A stretch of DNA of 64,000 nt from assembly GCF_964194025.1 (NCBI RefSeq), contig NC_134472.1:2108001-2172000 (forward strand), given 5' to 3'. The DNA comes from Convolutriloba macropyga (lineage: Eukaryota). The translations under genes and the position numbers were made by a program. Under the pieces are notes generated by a model that saw only the letters and a list, made by a program, of their open reading frames with translations, made no database searches and was not told the origin of the DNA. Below are positions 61,320 to 64,000 of this stretch, piece by piece (position 1 is the stretch's first letter; every line of letters begins with the position of its first letter).

Positions 61320-62433
61320 ATCCAAAATCATTACTGGAAAAACCAGAGCTCAGTGAAAATAACTCTAATTCTGATCAAAACGGGAATTGCAAAGCCTGCA
61401 ACCGGAGAGAGACTTTCCACAAAAAAGGAGTAGAATGTGAGTCATGTAAAACCTGGAATACGCCAACATGCAAGATGTTTAGATTTTTAAGTGTTGGAGC
61501 AATCAACAGACGGGCAGGTTGAGGGTGTAAGTTTGTTCAGAAGGTATGTGGATGACATTCTCACAACAGTTCCTGGTGACCCGGACGAGTAATTAAAATC
61601 TGCCAACTCATTACACAAAAATCTGCAATTTACCTTAGAAAAAGTGAACATGGAAGGGGATTTGGCTTTTCCAGAAATCAAAGAAGATGTGAGCAGCCAA
61701 AACAAAATTAGATGTCATTGGTATCAAAAACCAAATCACACAGGAATATTACTGATTTTCGGCAGCTGTGCACCGCTTAAGCATATGAAAAATGAGATTC
61801 AAGGGACAGTTCACAGGGTTTTTAAAACAATCGATCAGTTTTGGCCTTCGATCAGTAGCTTGAAAAGAACAAAATATGCAGGATCAAAAATCAGGATCCA
61901 GATGAATATTCTTCAAAAATAGTGACATTAGAGAAGATAAAAATTGGCAGTAAAGATCAATTGAAAACAACACCAAAAGAGAATCAAAAATTTTTTCTAC
62001 AAAACAGAGGCAACCTTACCAAAATGCTGCAGTCAAAATGAAAAAACTATGTGAGTTGCAAGTGGTTTTCATAACGCGAAAATTAAGATCATGCATCCCA
62101 CCTTAAATGATCTTTCGATACAAATCTGAAACTCCACGTGGTATTAGAGACAAAGGGTAATAAATGCGGATCCGTCTATGTTGGTCAGACAAGCTGGGAC
62201 GTTACGCTAAGATATCAGATCACCGAAAGAAGTATTTATAAGTGGGTGGACATCTTGTTGAATGTATTGGCTCCACGAATAACAATGAATGCAAGTTTCT
62301 GGATACATGTCGCCTAGCAGAGAAACTCATGACAATCGAAGCTATATACATCAGCAAGTTGAAGCCGGGACTAAACACATGTGAAGAACAGAGGGTGCAG
62401 GAAGTCACACTGAAATTTAAACGCAAATCATAA
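61320..62433 (+). mobile_element. Penelope-like element, least-decayed copy (PHD - YVDD - thumb - GIY-YIG), 5'-truncated
   Basis: CKAC...GVECESCKTW (61388-61456); LFRRYVDDI (YVDD 61545-61556); LHKNLQFTLE; WYQKPNHTG; KCGSVYVGQTS; KLMTIEAIYISKLKPGLN. Confidence 0.93.
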
Positions 62434-62917
62434 GTTTAACTTGGGAAAAAAATAGTGCAAAAACTATTTTGTGCATGACAAAACGAATTTCGCAAAACCC
62501 AACAAGAGTGATATTTAGGACTAGGGCAAATTCACATTTACCCTAGAAATAGGAAAACATGGTCAAAATCAAAAAAATCTGGAATAGAAAAGCTTTTAAA
62601 GAAATTGATAACAACTGTAAATTTGAGTTATAAATAGCTAAATCTAGTCTAAACAAAAAATTCTCGATTACATTTCTAAAGTAGTTCCTAGAATTGTTTA
62701 AATTGCGGTCTCAGACAAATGTAAATTCATATTAATTTTTATCTTTTAACAATTTTTGAAACAATCTTAACATTAAGATGAACGTAAAGTTCGAAAACGG
62801 TTTATTTAAATATCAAATTTAATTTTAATTTGACAAATCTTTAATCTTCTACATAGCTGTTTTGTTTCATAATTAAATTGATATGTTTTCAGAGTAAAAA
62901 AATCGACTTTAAGTTGA

Positions 62918-62962
62918 AGTTGACCTGATGACTCTAGATGTAGCGAAGACGTTTGTAAATAC
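62918..62962 (+). ncRNA. Degenerate minimal type-I hammerhead ribozyme in the Penelope 3' region
   Basis: CTGATGA (62925-62931), stem II CTA-gatg-TAG, CGAAG (canonical CGAAA), then ACGTTTGTA. It lies ~500 nt downstream of the PLE ORF on the same strand. Confidence 0.5.
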
Positions 62963-63074
62963 AGTTTTCATAATTAATTATTCCGTCAAAAACTTGAGAA
63001 CTATGTGACTGGAAAACTGTATACACAATATAACTATCATATACACAATATTATATACACAAAAAATCGTTTTA

Positions 63075-63862
63075 AATAAGACCGACAAACAGGCTTCTCA
63101 GTTGCCGTTAAACGGAGAACATAATTATGAATTCATTTGCCTAAACCATATCTGGTTAACGGAAAACCTCGGTCACATTGCAGTTTTTTGTAAGATATAC
63201 AATAAGCCAAAAAGCCAAAACAAGTGGACCAGTAAAGGAATCGCAAAAAACGGCGAAGTTTTGCTTGACATTGCCAAAATCAATCTACTGTTATATGGAC
63301 TCAGACTTTCCAGTGTGTTGTTCGTCGCATATCCACTAACAATCTTTAATAATAGCCGCACAGCAAAACCTGGTGCTATTATTGGCCTTCTCTTGGTTTT
63401 TTTAATTCGTCGTCGGGATTTTTGTTACGACCATATGGCGTCACAACCACTTCAAATCAGCTTTTTGTTCATTCATTTATGCAAATAAAACTGAAATGCA
63501 AGCGTGGCGTCATTTTTCACATTCAGTGGAGCGAGTTTTATTGTTCATTTGCGTGATTAATTTTTTATCACACTTGACTTACCTCACTCTCAAAAGTGAT
63601 TTCCTCACTTTGAAAGTGACTTCTATTGACCTTAATTCAAAAAGATAAGATCAAATGCGTGTGTGTCACTCTAAATGAAAGTTATTTGAGTGCAGCTAAT
63701 AGAAGCAGCAAAAAACCTAAAACGATTTGCAATAAAAATATAACATATCAGGCTTCAATGAAAAGACGAATTGATTTGATCTGTCTTTTCTACTGTTTTT
63801 GGAGACTGCAGATCTACAAAGCTATTGCGGTTATTTTCTGGCAATCTGTCAGCTATATTTCA
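63075..63862 (+). mobile_element. Penelope-like subfamily A 3'-end fragment
   Basis: 63082-63595 matches 60167-60676, and 63801-63862 matches 60679-60738. Confidence 0.85.
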
Positions 63863-64000
63863 ATGTATTTCTACGCAGAACACTACACTTATTACATACA
63901 CTACACTTCTTCAGTGTAAAATTATATTATAATTTTATACAATTTCTTAGGCAAACGCTATGGGTGCAGCGCTGCTTGCCCATACACTGTTAGAGATACA

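Noticed and set aside
48497-62433. In-frame TGA codons in PLE frames as possible selenocysteine recoding
   Set aside because: TAA/TAG stops and frameshifts are equally common and differ between copies, which indicates neutral decay.

Overview
This is AT-rich animal (invertebrate-type) genomic DNA dominated by decayed transposable elements. One host gene is recognisable: a divergent class-A (rhodopsin-like) GPCR on the minus strand. Its three phase-compatible coding exons are 42644-42510, 29597-29377 and 7887-7563 (227 aa, N-terminus to ECL2; TM5-7 were not found in the window). They are separated by introns of about 12.9 kb and 21.5 kb. The introns and the downstream region hold the 3' part of a Ty3/Gypsy element, two decayed Bel/Pao elements, Helentron-like non-autonomous elements with an internal ~175-bp array, CA...TG TIR elements, and a ~5.5-6 kb tandem duplication in which one copy lacks the block carrying exon 1. 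Upstream of the gene lie MITEs, a CR1/L2-type LINE fragment and a ~15-kb cluster (48.5-64 kb) of Penelope-like retroelements (RT plus C-terminal GIY-YIG). The most striking observation is in that cluster. In six decayed copies from up to three subfamilies, a PHD (C4HC3) zinc finger sits inside the RT palm, immediately upstream of the YxDD motif and downstream of the GLAMG motif in the five copies that retain it. All calls come from motif recognition and by-eye alignment; no searches were run.
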